From the NCBI GenBank assembly GCA_009692765.1, contig SHYQ01000004.1, positions 1 to 47,042 of the forward strand: a stretch of DNA of 47,042 nt, given 5' to 3'. The translations under genes and the position numbers were made by a program. Below, one piece after another: positions 33,160 to 41,475 of this stretch; positions within the stretch are counted from its first letter, which is position 1; each line of letters begins with the position of its first letter. The notes below the pieces were generated by a model. That model saw only the letters and a program-made list of their open reading frames with translations. It was not told the DNA's origin and did no database searches. The stretch comes from Dehalococcoidia bacterium. GTDB taxonomy: Bacteria > Chloroflexota > Dehalococcoidia > UBA2979.

Positions 33160-34908
33160 ATGGCCGATCTCCGCTCCCGTGCGTGGCCGCTGTTGCTGAT
33201 CGTGGCGCTCGGCGTCGCCGCGTGCACGGCAGCGAAGCCGCCTCCGTTAGCCCCGCCCGCGCCCCCAGCGACCGCCCCCGCCGCCGCTCCCGTCGTGGGC
33301 GCGAGCAACCTCATCGACGCGACGAACCTGCTCGCGCCGGGGGCGGGCTGGGAATGCGTCAGCGGCGCGCGCGTCGCGGACGGCAAGGTCGTGATCGAGG
33401 CCGACCCGGCGCCGCAAGAGGCCACCGTCTTCATCAACGACTACCGCATCCGGCTCCAGCCGCGCGAGGATATCCGCCTGTCCCTGACGCTCGAAGCCGA
33501 CGCGCGGCCCGGCCTCGCCGGGATCAAGGTCTGGAACTCGCTTCCGCCGCCGCAGGAGGCGCACATCTGGTATCCGAACTCGCCGCAACTCGCGCTTGGC
33601 GTGAGCGGTGGCCGCGCCTACATGGCGCTCCACGACGGCAGCGGCCCGAAGCCGGTGTTTCAACAGTCCAGCAAGCCGCTGGCCCCCGGCCCGGTCGCGC
33701 TGGTGCTGCAACGCAGCGGCAACGCGCTGGTGCTGCGGGTCGGCGACTCCGAGGAGATGCGCACCACCGTCCTCGGTCCGTTCGCGAGTGGGCCGCTGCA
33801 CCTCGGCGCGAGCGTGCAGCCGGGCAGGACGCTGACGATGCACCGGCTCGAGGTCACCGAGGGCTCGCCGCCGCGGCCCGTCGAGGTCGTGCCCGCGCTC
33901 GCCGCGCGCGTATCGCGCGGCGCCGTGCCGGGGCTGCGCGACGCCCCGGGGGCGGGCGGGAAGATCGGCGTGTTCCTCACCGCCAACCACCTGCGCTGGA
34001 ACGAGCCCTACCGGGAGATCGGCGGTCGTGAGTTTGGCGTCTTCTCGGCCAATGACGGCATGCCCTGGCCGCAGTTGCGGCCGGCGCGCGATCGCTTCCA
34101 GTTTTGCAAGCTGGATCAGCTGGTCGGGTTCGCCGAAGCGAACGGGATGCGCGTACACGCCGGGCACCTCTCGTGGGACAGCCACAACCCGGCGTGGCTC
34201 ACCGAGGGCAAGTTCAGCCGCGACGAGCTCATCGCCATCCTGCGCGAGCACATCCAGACGGTGGTCGGTCGCTACCGCGGGCGCGTGCACGTGTGGAACG
34301 TCACGAACGAGGTCTTCGACTACAACGACAGCGGCCGCCTCCGCAGCGCGAACACGCTCTGGTCGCGTGGGATCGGCCCGGAGTACATCGATATGGCGTT
34401 CCGCTGGGCGCACGAGGCCGACCCGCAGGCGGTGCTGCTGCTGAACGAGCCGGATGCCGAGGGGCTGAACCCGAAGTCGAACGCCGTGTACGAGCTGGTG
34501 AAGGCGATGCGCGCGCGCGGTGTGCCGATCTCGGGTGTCGGCATGCAGATGCACTGGGGAGCGCGCCAGCGCGTCTCCGCCGTCTCGACGGCCGCCGATG
34601 TCGCCGCGAACATGAAGCGGCTGGGTGACCTCGGCCTCGAGGTGTACATCACCGAAATGGATGTGCCGATCCGCGAGCCGGTGACGCCGGAGAAACTCGC
34701 CGCGCAGGCGCAGACCTACCGCGAGATCGTGGGCGTATGCCTCGACGCGGCGAACTGCAAGGCGCTGATCGTGTGGGGCCTGTACGACGGCGACTCGTGG
34801 TTCCGGGAGCCCCGCTTCAGGGGCCTGGCGGCGCCCCTGCTCTTCGACGAGGCGTACCGGCCGAAGCCGGCCTATCGGGCGATCGCCGACCTCCTCAACG
34901 AGCGGTAG
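33160..34908 (+). CDS. Lipoprotein with a C-terminal GH10 (endo-1,4-beta-xylanase-like) domain
   Basis: VAAC lipobox; WNVTNE (acid/base Glu), GMQMH, ITEMD (nucleophile Glu), LLFDEAYRPKPAY. Confidence 0.88.
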   Translation: MADLRSRAWPLLLIVALGVAACTAAKPPPLAPPAPPATAPAAAPVVGASNLIDATNLLAPGAGWECVSGARVADGKVVIEADPAPQEATVFINDYRIRLQPREDIRLSLTLEADARPGLAGIKVWNSLPPPQEAHIWYPNSPQLALGVSGGRAYMALHDGSGPKPVFQQSSKPLAPGPVALVLQRSGNALVLRVGDSEEMRTTVLGPFASGPLHLGASVQPGRTLTMHRLEVTEGSPPRPVEVVPALAARVSRGAVPGLRDAPGAGGKIGVFLTANHLRWNEPYREIGGREFGVFSANDGMPWPQLRPARDRFQFCKLDQLVGFAEANGMRVHAGHLSWDSHNPAWLTEGKFSRDELIAILREHIQTVVGRYRGRVHVWNVTNEVFDYNDSGRLRSANTLWSRGIGPEYIDMAFRWAHEADPQAVLLLNEPDAEGLNPKSNAVYELVKAMRARGVPISGVGMQMHWGARQRVSAVSTAADVAANMKRLGDLGLEVYITEMDVPIREPVTPEKLAAQAQTYREIVGVCLDAANCKALIVWGLYDGDSWFREPRFRGLAAPLLFDEAYRPKPAYRAIADLLNER

Positions 34909-35076
34909 CCACGCATCGCGCGGGGGCCGCCGCTTGCTCAGCATCAGTGACTGGCCGCGCGCCGCGCGCATGCCTCGCGCAGCGCGCTAGAGTACCGAAG
35001 ACTTCGCGGGCGGTGAGCGACGGGGACGCCTCGCCGCCGGCGCCCGGCGACCACGCACAACGAGGGGGGGACGACG

Positions 35077-36492
35077 ATGGCCGATTCGATCAGCAGGCAG
35101 TTCGCGCGATGGGCGGCGCACCTCACGTACGAGGATCTGCCGCCCGCCGTCGTGGACAAGGTGAAGGCGCTCGTGCTGCAGCACCTCGTCGCCGCGACGA
35201 TGGGCGCGCCGATGCCGCGCGCGAAGGAGATCGTCGAGCTCGTGAAGCGCGAGGAGGGCAAGGCAGACGGCGCCACGATCATCGGCGACGGTGCGAAGGC
35301 GACGCGCAACGGCGCGACCATCGCGAACTGCGAGGTGCTGCACGTCTCCGGGCTGTACGACTCGTACCGCATGATCACGCACCCCGGCCCCGTCGTGATC
35401 GCGGTGGCGCTGACGAACGCCGAGCTCGAGCACAAGTCCGTGAAGGAGATGATCACCGCGCTCGCCGCCGGCTACGAGTTCGAGTGCCGCCTCGCCAACG
35501 ACTTCGTCCCGAGCACCTCGGCGCACGGGTACCGGCCCGCCCCGATCTTCTCGACGATGGGCGCGGTGATGGTGGCGGCGAAGCTAATGGGGCTGCACGA
35601 GGACGGCATCGTCGCCGCCATCGCGATCGCGACGAGCAGCGCCTCCGGCCTCAACGAGGCGGGGCGCGTCGGCGGTGGCGAGCAGGCGTTGCACGAGCCG
35701 AATGCGGCGAAGCAGGGCGTGTGGGCGGCGACGATGGCGCGCACCGGTCACGTGAAGGGCTCGGAGACCTCCATCGAGGGTGACGCGGGGTTCTACAACG
35801 CCTACGCCGGCAGCCGCAACGGGAAGCTGTCGTACAACTTCCAGGGGCCGATGCAGACGGACCTCGCGAAGATCACGGCCGGCCTCGGACAGCACTACGA
35901 GATGCTGACGGTGATGTTCCGTATGTACTCCACGGCGGGCTTCAACCAGCCGGTGATCGACCTGATCAAGGAGATGCGCGAGCAGCACCACATCGACCGG
36001 GCCAAGATCGACCGCGTCACGCTGTTCATGAACTACCTCGAGACGCTCTACCCGAGCCCGGAGTTCCCGCGCGTGCCCGACCCCTCGCAGGCGTACCCCG
36101 GCAGCACGCAGTACTTCGCCGCGCACGCCGCCGTGCACGGCGGCTACCCGGTGGTGGGCGGGCGGCGCTACGGCCCGCAGAGCGGCGAGCTGCTCGAGGA
36201 CCGTGCGGTGCTCGACTTCATGATGCATCACGTGCGCCTCGTCGGCGTGCACGACCAGCCGATGTTCTCGCCAGAGATCACGATCCGCATGCAGGACGGC
36301 ACGACCTACACCGGCGCGTACCCCTACCAGCGCATGGAGTGGAACTTCGACCAGATCGTCGAGCGGCTGCAGGAGTGCGTGCCGGGCATCCCCGGCGGCC
36401 AGGGCCAGCTCGACGCGCTCGTCGAGCTGATGCGCACCGCGGAGACGCTGCCCTCGACGGTGCGGATGCTCGAACTCACCGCCTCGAAGTAG
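35077..36492 (+). CDS. MmgE/PrpD family protein
   Basis: LTYEDLPPAVV, THPGPVVI, AAGYEFECRL, IEGDAGFY. Confidence 0.88.
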   Translation: MADSISRQFARWAAHLTYEDLPPAVVDKVKALVLQHLVAATMGAPMPRAKEIVELVKREEGKADGATIIGDGAKATRNGATIANCEVLHVSGLYDSYRMITHPGPVVIAVALTNAELEHKSVKEMITALAAGYEFECRLANDFVPSTSAHGYRPAPIFSTMGAVMVAAKLMGLHEDGIVAAIAIATSSASGLNEAGRVGGGEQALHEPNAAKQGVWAATMARTGHVKGSETSIEGDAGFYNAYAGSRNGKLSYNFQGPMQTDLAKITAGLGQHYEMLTVMFRMYSTAGFNQPVIDLIKEMREQHHIDRAKIDRVTLFMNYLETLYPSPEFPRVPDPSQAYPGSTQYFAAHAAVHGGYPVVGGRRYGPQSGELLEDRAVLDFMMHHVRLVGVHDQPMFSPEITIRMQDGTTYTGAYPYQRMEWNFDQIVERLQECVPGIPGGQGQLDALVELMRTAETLPSTVRMLELTASK

Positions 36493-36564
36493 CGCGCGGC
36501 CTCGAGACGCGGGCGGGGGCGGCCTCGGCGTTGCATCGCGGCGGCGCGGGTCGCTCGACAAGCT

Positions 36565-36690
36565 GCGGGGGGCGGCCCACCCCCTGCCCCCTCCCTGCGG
36601 GGGGGGGGTGCAGGAATCGGAAGTGATGCGAGGGGGCTGCGCCCCTCGCGCTCCCGGCGGAGGCGTGCGCGGTAGGCGCGCGCCGCGGTG
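36565..36690. repeat. Half-element of the repeat family, copy 9
   Basis: Triplex motif at 36576-36608, then triloop motif at 36628-36660. Confidence 0.88.
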
Positions 36691-36866
36691 GCGCTCCACC
36701 CGGCCCCTCGCTTGCGAGGCAGGCGGAGGGCGGGGCGTGAGGGCGCGCCCACGACTCGGCCCCCCGCCGTCGACACGGCCAGAAGAGACATAACGTCTGG
36801 CCCCACCTCGACGCGAGCAGGAGCGGCGCAGCCCGCAAACCGGCCGAAGGCCGCGAAGGCCGCGCG

Positions 36867-38261
36867 TTAGCGGGCGATGACGGTGACCTCGAGGGCGGGC
36901 GGCAGGCCCGCGGGGAACGCCCGCAGCACCGCGGCGTTTGCGGGGGCGTCCCTGGGCAGGGACGCGCCCACGACATAGAGGCGCCACGCGCCGCCGGAGT
37001 CCTGGAGCCACGCCGCGGCGCCGCCGGCATCCGCGATCGCCGCGTCGAGGTCCGCGAACGAGCCGCCGTTGAAGGTGGCCGCCGCTGTGCGCCCGGCGGC
37101 GAACACCGGCGACGTCACGAAGGTGCCCCGCGCGTTCTGTTCGAGGGGTCGCGTCACGACCTCCCCGGCGCCCGCCGGAGCCTCGGCGGACAGGGACTCC
37201 GCAACGCCGCTGACCACGCCCTCCGACACGGCCCCCGGGCCCACCCCCAGCGCGACGAAGCGGTAGTACAGGGTGCGGGTCGGGACGATGGCGAACGCGC
37301 CCACGCCGGCGTCGTCCGTCGTTCCCGCCGCGATGGTCGTCCAGCGCATGCGATCCGCGGAGCTCTGCAGCACGATCGGCGCCTCGCGCGCCGCGCTCCC
37401 CGTAGAGGTGACGAGGACCGAGCGCCCGCGTGCGGTGGTGAACGCAGTGTGCACGGGCGCGTCGGTCTGCGGCGCCTGCCGGGTCGCGGCGTCCCGGTAG
37501 AAGTCGAGCATCCTCGTATCGGCGCGCACGCCCACCTCGACGGCGCCGCTGCGCAGCGTCACGCCCGCGGTCACGATGCCGACCGCGCGGTGGCCGCTGG
37601 CGGTCGACTCGAAGATCGGCGCGCCGCCGCGCACCGTGCCCCAGTCGTACACGAGCAGCGAGGGGTCGGAGCCGAGCAGCGGCCGCGGCCTGGCCATCCG
37701 CCACTGCGTCCCCCACGTGACGTTCGAGGCGTACCCCGCCGTCTCGAAGCGCCCCAACTCCAGCCGCTGGTCCGACTCGCGGCTGAGCTCGAAGTGCCCC
37801 ACGGCGGCCCCCAGCACCTCCGTGGGCAAGGTGATGGCGGCGTAGTCGAAGCTGGGGTTGCCCGTCGCGATGTATTCCGGGGCGGCGGCAAAGACGGTCG
37901 ACACCTGGCGCGCGAACGGGGCGGTCACTCCGTGGACGCCGGGCGTGACCGCGATCGCTCTGGCCCAGCCGCCATCCTCGGCGCTGTAGACGCAGTGCGC
38001 GGCGGTCGCCACCGTCCGCGGCCCGACGAGGAACCCGGTGCAGGTGCCGCGCAGCCGAGGGAACGCGACATCGAGGAGCACCACCATCTGGTAAGGCGTG
38101 GCGATCTCGTCCGCCGCGCCGGCGGCCGGACGCTGCTCCGCCAGGAGCGGGGCGGCGAGGGCCGCGAGCAGCAGCGCGGCCGCCAGGGCGAGGCGTCGCG
38201 CCGTCCTCGACGGGGGGAAGGGGTGACAGCGGTCAGCCCGGCCGCGATCGCGGGCGCGCAA
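36867..38261 (-). CDS. Secreted trypsin-like (V8/glutamyl-endopeptidase type) protein lacking the catalytic Ser motif; start uncertain
   Basis: Signal peptide; CTGFLVGPRTVATAAHC and FDYAAI present; GTVRGGAP where GxSGSP is expected; extra C-terminal domains. Confidence 0.75.
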   Translation of the reverse strand: MRARDRGRADRCHPFPPSRTARRLALAAALLLAALAAPLLAEQRPAAGAADEIATPYQMVVLLDVAFPRLRGTCTGFLVGPRTVATAAHCVYSAEDGGWARAIAVTPGVHGVTAPFARQVSTVFAAAPEYIATGNPSFDYAAITLPTEVLGAAVGHFELSRESDQRLELGRFETAGYASNVTWGTQWRMARPRPLLGSDPSLLVYDWGTVRGGAPIFESTASGHRAVGIVTAGVTLRSGAVEVGVRADTRMLDFYRDAATRQAPQTDAPVHTAFTTARGRSVLVTSTGSAAREAPIVLQSSADRMRWTTIAAGTTDDAGVGAFAIVPTRTLYYRFVALGVGPGAVSEGVVSGVAESLSAEAPAGAGEVVTRPLEQNARGTFVTSPVFAAGRTAAATFNGGSFADLDAAIADAGGAAAWLQDSGGAWRLYVVGASLPRDAPANAAVLRAFPAGLPPALEVTVIAR

Positions 38262-38395
38262 GGCATCGTCGTGCCGCGCTGGCGGCGCGCGAGGAGAACC
38301 GCGGCCGCCCCGGTGACCCCGAGCAGCCTCACGTCGCCGCCGCCGAACCCGCCACGCGCCGCCAGCGCCAGCGCGATGCCGACGGCGGCCTCGTC
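38222..38395 (-). pseudogene. Prepilin peptidase (A24) C-terminal remnant
   Basis: Reads LAARGGFGGGDVRLLGVTG...AVLLARRQRGTTMPCAPAIAAG, matching the GxGD(V)KL and PFxPxLxxG motifs with an internal deletion. Confidence 0.55.
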
Positions 38396-38459
38396 CCTTA
38401 CAGCGGCAGCGCGGAGGGGCGTTCGCGTACCCTCGACGGACGCGGACGACGGACGCGGA

Positions 38460-38483
38460 AGAGCCCGCCTTGCGGCGGGCTCT
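38460..38483 (-). terminator. Terminator-like hairpin after the binding-protein gene
   Basis: AGAGCCCGCC-GCAA-GGCGGGCTCT on the minus strand; 10-bp perfect stem with a GNRA loop. Confidence 0.6.
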
Positions 38484-38533
38484 GCGCTCTGCGGCTCGTT
38501 GCGCGGTTCGCCGGGCGCTTCGGAGGGCGGCGG

Positions 38534-40366
38534 CTAGAGGCCCTTGCCGTCCGCGAACCAGTACTCCGGAAGCAGGTACATGTTTGCCGCCGTACCGAAC
38601 GGCACGGTCGTGGTCCACGGTTTGAAGACCTGCGGCCCGCGCAGACCCTTCCACACGAGGTCGATACCTTCCATGCCGGGGCCGACCGGAATCACGATCA
38701 TCTGCTCGGTCGAGTAGCGCTGCATGTCGTGCACCGCCGCGACGCGCTCCTCGAAGTTCGTGATGCCCTTGGCCTTCACGATCTTCGCATCGAGCTCCGG
38801 GAACTTGTCCCCCACCTGAGACTGCCCGCCGGTGCTGCTCAGGAATCCGCTGTAGTAGTTCACCGGATCGATGTTCGCCCCGCCCGGCGGGAACTGCACC
38901 GCCGGCTTGCCGTCGCGCAGGTCGTACTTTGCCTTCGCTGTGAAGTACTTCGGAATGTAGTCGGTCGCGTAGTCGACCGAGATGGAGTTCATCTTCATGC
39001 CCGCGTCGCGCATCATCGACTGCAGCACCTCGACCCGGGTGGGCCAGTCCTGTCCGTAGTAGACGCCGGCGTAGACGTTGCCAAACTCCAGCGGCTTCTG
39101 CGCGTTGTACCCCGCGGCGTCGAGGAGCTTCTTCGCCTCGGCGATGTTGTGCTGCACGTACGCCGACGACGGACCGAACTTGGCGGTGTCCTTCGGGTCG
39201 AGCCAGTACGCCCCGTACCCACCTGCGATCGGAGCGTTCCAGCGCACGGTGAGCTTCACGCCCATCGCGTCGAACTGCTTCTTGTTGTAGACGACCTCCG
39301 CCAACTGGTCGCGGTTGATCGCCATCGACAGGGCGTGGCGGACGCGGATATCGTTCCACGGTTGGTTCGGCAGCCACGACATGCCCAGCAGCGGGCTGCG
39401 CACGTCGGGATTGCCGATGGCGATCTCCGTGTCCTTCAGGTCCTTCGAGAACTGCGGGATGTTCGGCAGCGCCACGGAGGCCCACTGCAGGTTCTTCGCG
39501 CGGAACTGCGTCTCCGTCTGCGCCTGGTCCGGGATGACCTTGATCTGGAGGTCCGCCCAAGGCCGCCCACCGTCGGACAGGTGCCAGTTGGGGTTGCGCT
39601 TGTAGTTCAGTTCGACCGATGGCTTGTACGAGTCGAAGAGGTACGGGCCGCTGCCGCGCTGCTCCTTCTGGAAGTCGATCTTGCCGCTCAGGCCCTCCAC
39701 AGGCATCACCCAGAGGCTGCCGCAGAGCAACGCCAGCACGGTGCTGTCGGAGACCGCCATCTTCACCTGCACGGTGCTCTTGTCGATCGCCGTGATCTTA
39801 TCGATGGGAGCCAGCTTGTTGACCGCGTTGACGAGGTTCGCGCGGTCGTACGACTCCTTGGCGAAGCGGTTGTACGACGTCACGACATCCTCGGCCGTCA
39901 CCTGGCGGCCGTTCAGCGGCTCCTTCTGGTCAAACTTCGCCGCCGGGTTCAGTTTGATGTTCAGCGTGAGCGGGTCCACCTGCTCCCACGACTGAGCGAG
40001 GTCGCCGATGATCTTCCCGCTCGCCGGCCTGTTCACGCCCGGCTCGAGCGTGAACAGCTTGCTGTAGGCGTTGACGGCGGCCCAAGTCCCGCCCGTCGCG
40101 AACGCCAGACGATACGGGTCGAGGCTGTCCGGATCCTTTGGCTGGGGGTACCGCAGCACGCCACCCGGCTTCGGCTTGTCGTCCGCGGGCGCCGCCGGAG
40201 CGACCGCCACGGCGGGCCGGCCAGCGTCCGCGGCGGGCTTCTTGCTGCTCGAGGAGCAGCCGACGAGGGCGGCCCCGGCGACGCCGGCGAACCCTGCGCC
40301 GGCCGCGGTCAGCGCGCGCCGCCGCGTCATGGATGCGTACAACGGGTTCCTCTGCGATGGTTCCAC
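38534..40366 (-). CDS. ABC transporter family-5 substrate-binding protein, Tat lipoprotein
   Basis: GGAGGAG-7nt-GTG; TRRRAL...LVGC; DPDSLDP, GDLAQSWE, GSGPY, DIRVRHALSMAINR. Confidence 0.92.
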   Translation of the reverse strand: MEPSQRNPLYASMTRRRALTAAGAGFAGVAGAALVGCSSSSKKPAADAGRPAVAVAPAAPADDKPKPGGVLRYPQPKDPDSLDPYRLAFATGGTWAAVNAYSKLFTLEPGVNRPASGKIIGDLAQSWEQVDPLTLNIKLNPAAKFDQKEPLNGRQVTAEDVVTSYNRFAKESYDRANLVNAVNKLAPIDKITAIDKSTVQVKMAVSDSTVLALLCGSLWVMPVEGLSGKIDFQKEQRGSGPYLFDSYKPSVELNYKRNPNWHLSDGGRPWADLQIKVIPDQAQTETQFRAKNLQWASVALPNIPQFSKDLKDTEIAIGNPDVRSPLLGMSWLPNQPWNDIRVRHALSMAINRDQLAEVVYNKKQFDAMGVKLTVRWNAPIAGGYGAYWLDPKDTAKFGPSSAYVQHNIAEAKKLLDAAGYNAQKPLEFGNVYAGVYYGQDWPTRVEVLQSMMRDAGMKMNSISVDYATDYIPKYFTAKAKYDLRDGKPAVQFPPGGANIDPVNYYSGFLSSTGGQSQVGDKFPELDAKIVKAKGITNFEERVAAVHDMQRYSTEQMIVIPVGPGMEGIDLVWKGLRGPQVFKPWTTTVPFGTAANMYLLPEYWFADGKGL

Positions 40367-40529
40367 GAAGGCACTCCTCCACTCACGCCCGCACCCCGGA
40401 CGGGGCCGCGAGCAGCGACAGGGCGTCAGCATAACAGCCGTCATGGGCACGGCGCCCCGGCGCTCGAGGATGCATCACGCGGACGCGACGGCCGCCGGCC
40501 GGCGGCGCCGCGGCCCGATGCCCCGCTCG

Positions 40530-40573
40530 GGGAGAACCCGCATCAGGGAGAACCCGCGTCCGGGGGAACCCCG
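40530..40573. promoter_or_regulatory. Three direct repeats with a 16-bp period (putative operator)
   Basis: GGGAGAACCCGC at 40530 and 40546; GGGGGAACCCCG at 40562. Confidence 0.5.
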
Positions 40574-40654
40574 AGGCGCGAATCTGACGGGGCTCCGACC
40601 ATGACGGGGAAGCACTCGTCGCGCCTGCGCCTGCGTGCGCCATCGGAGGTCTCA

Positions 40655-40987
40655 TTGCGTCTCACCATTCGCCTGAAGCTGCTCGGTGGATTCGCGGCTG
40701 TCGTCGCGCTGGCGCTCGTGATCAGCGGCGTGAGCTGGCTCGAGGCGTCCGCGCAGGAGGCGCGCACGAGCGACCTCATCGAGCGGCGGTTCGCCGCCCG
40801 TACCGTCGCGGCGGCGAACCCGCTGTGGGTGCGCTCCGCGGACGACGATGGCGCCTGCTACCCGCCCGCCGCGGGGGCCGATTGCCGTGCGGTCACGTCC
40901 GCGATCATCCCGTTGAAGTGCGCCTCGACCTCACGCTCGAAATCAGCTTGCATCCCGTACACGTCTGTGAACTCGGCAAACGCCTAG
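40655..40987 (+). pseudogene. N-terminal fragment of a chemoreceptor/sensor (four-helix-bundle type)
   Basis: GGAGG SD + TTG; MRLTIRLKLLGGFAAVVALALVISGVSW TM1; similarity is lost at ~40860. Confidence 0.55.
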
Positions 40988-41025
40988 CGCCCCCCGTTGC
41001 CGAGGTGGTTCACCCCCGGCACCCT
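40858..41025 (-). pseudogene. C-terminal remnant of a type III restriction (Res) subunit-like gene
   Basis: VPGVNHLGNGGR*AFAEFTDVYGMQADFEREVEAHFNGMI; resembles a recalled WVPGVNxLGxxGRWAFAEF C-terminus, with Trp changed to TAG. Confidence 0.55.
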
Positions 41026-41475
41026 GTCTACAGATCGGCATGACTACACGCTCGCGTGAAAAGGGATGCATGCCGTTCCGGGTTGTGCTGTTGCTGTAAA
41101 GGTTGCCCACTGAGTCCAGAGCGTGCCGCTCCGGGCTGTTCAGAAGGCGACGGTGCGGATCGGATGGTGTTAGGAATGCACTGCGATCGCCTCTGGATAC
41201 AGGCCGCGGCGTGCGCTTCCTCGAATGACGGGCCGTAGGCGAGTTCGCTGGTGTCGCGCACCGGCCGCCTGTCGATGGTCGCGACTCGTTCGCCAGGAAG
41301 CGGCACGAGTGCGTCCGATGAACACGAGCCAACGCACGCGCTCCGACGCGGCTTCCGCTGCGCGGGCTACCACCATGCCGCCGGCGTTTCGCGCGACCCA
41401 TTCGCGGAGATATCGAAGAGGCGCCCCGGAAGGGACGTCTCGCTCGTTGTGCGGCGCGCTCGAACAGGCGGCGCC

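Noticed and set aside
36598-36608. G homopolymer as a phase-variation tract
   Set aside because: It is an A-to-G variant of the repeat's hairpin arm, lying between convergent genes and not in a promoter or CDS
4610-36690. CRISPR array interpretation of the repeats
   Set aside because: The copies are dispersed and inverted rather than regularly spaced direct repeats with unique spacers, and there are no cas genes
4430-36806. Apparent protein family with motifs such as MRGGCAPRAPGG, ASAGSARGAAPSH and RREREGRSPLA in many ORFs
   Set aside because: These are translations of the DNA repeat in different frames and on both strands; conservation is at the nucleotide and structure level
41030-41470. 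tRNA/ncRNA or a real CDS in the low-GC patch
   Set aside because: No cloverleaf, T-loop or CCA pattern and no recognisable protein motif; left unassigned
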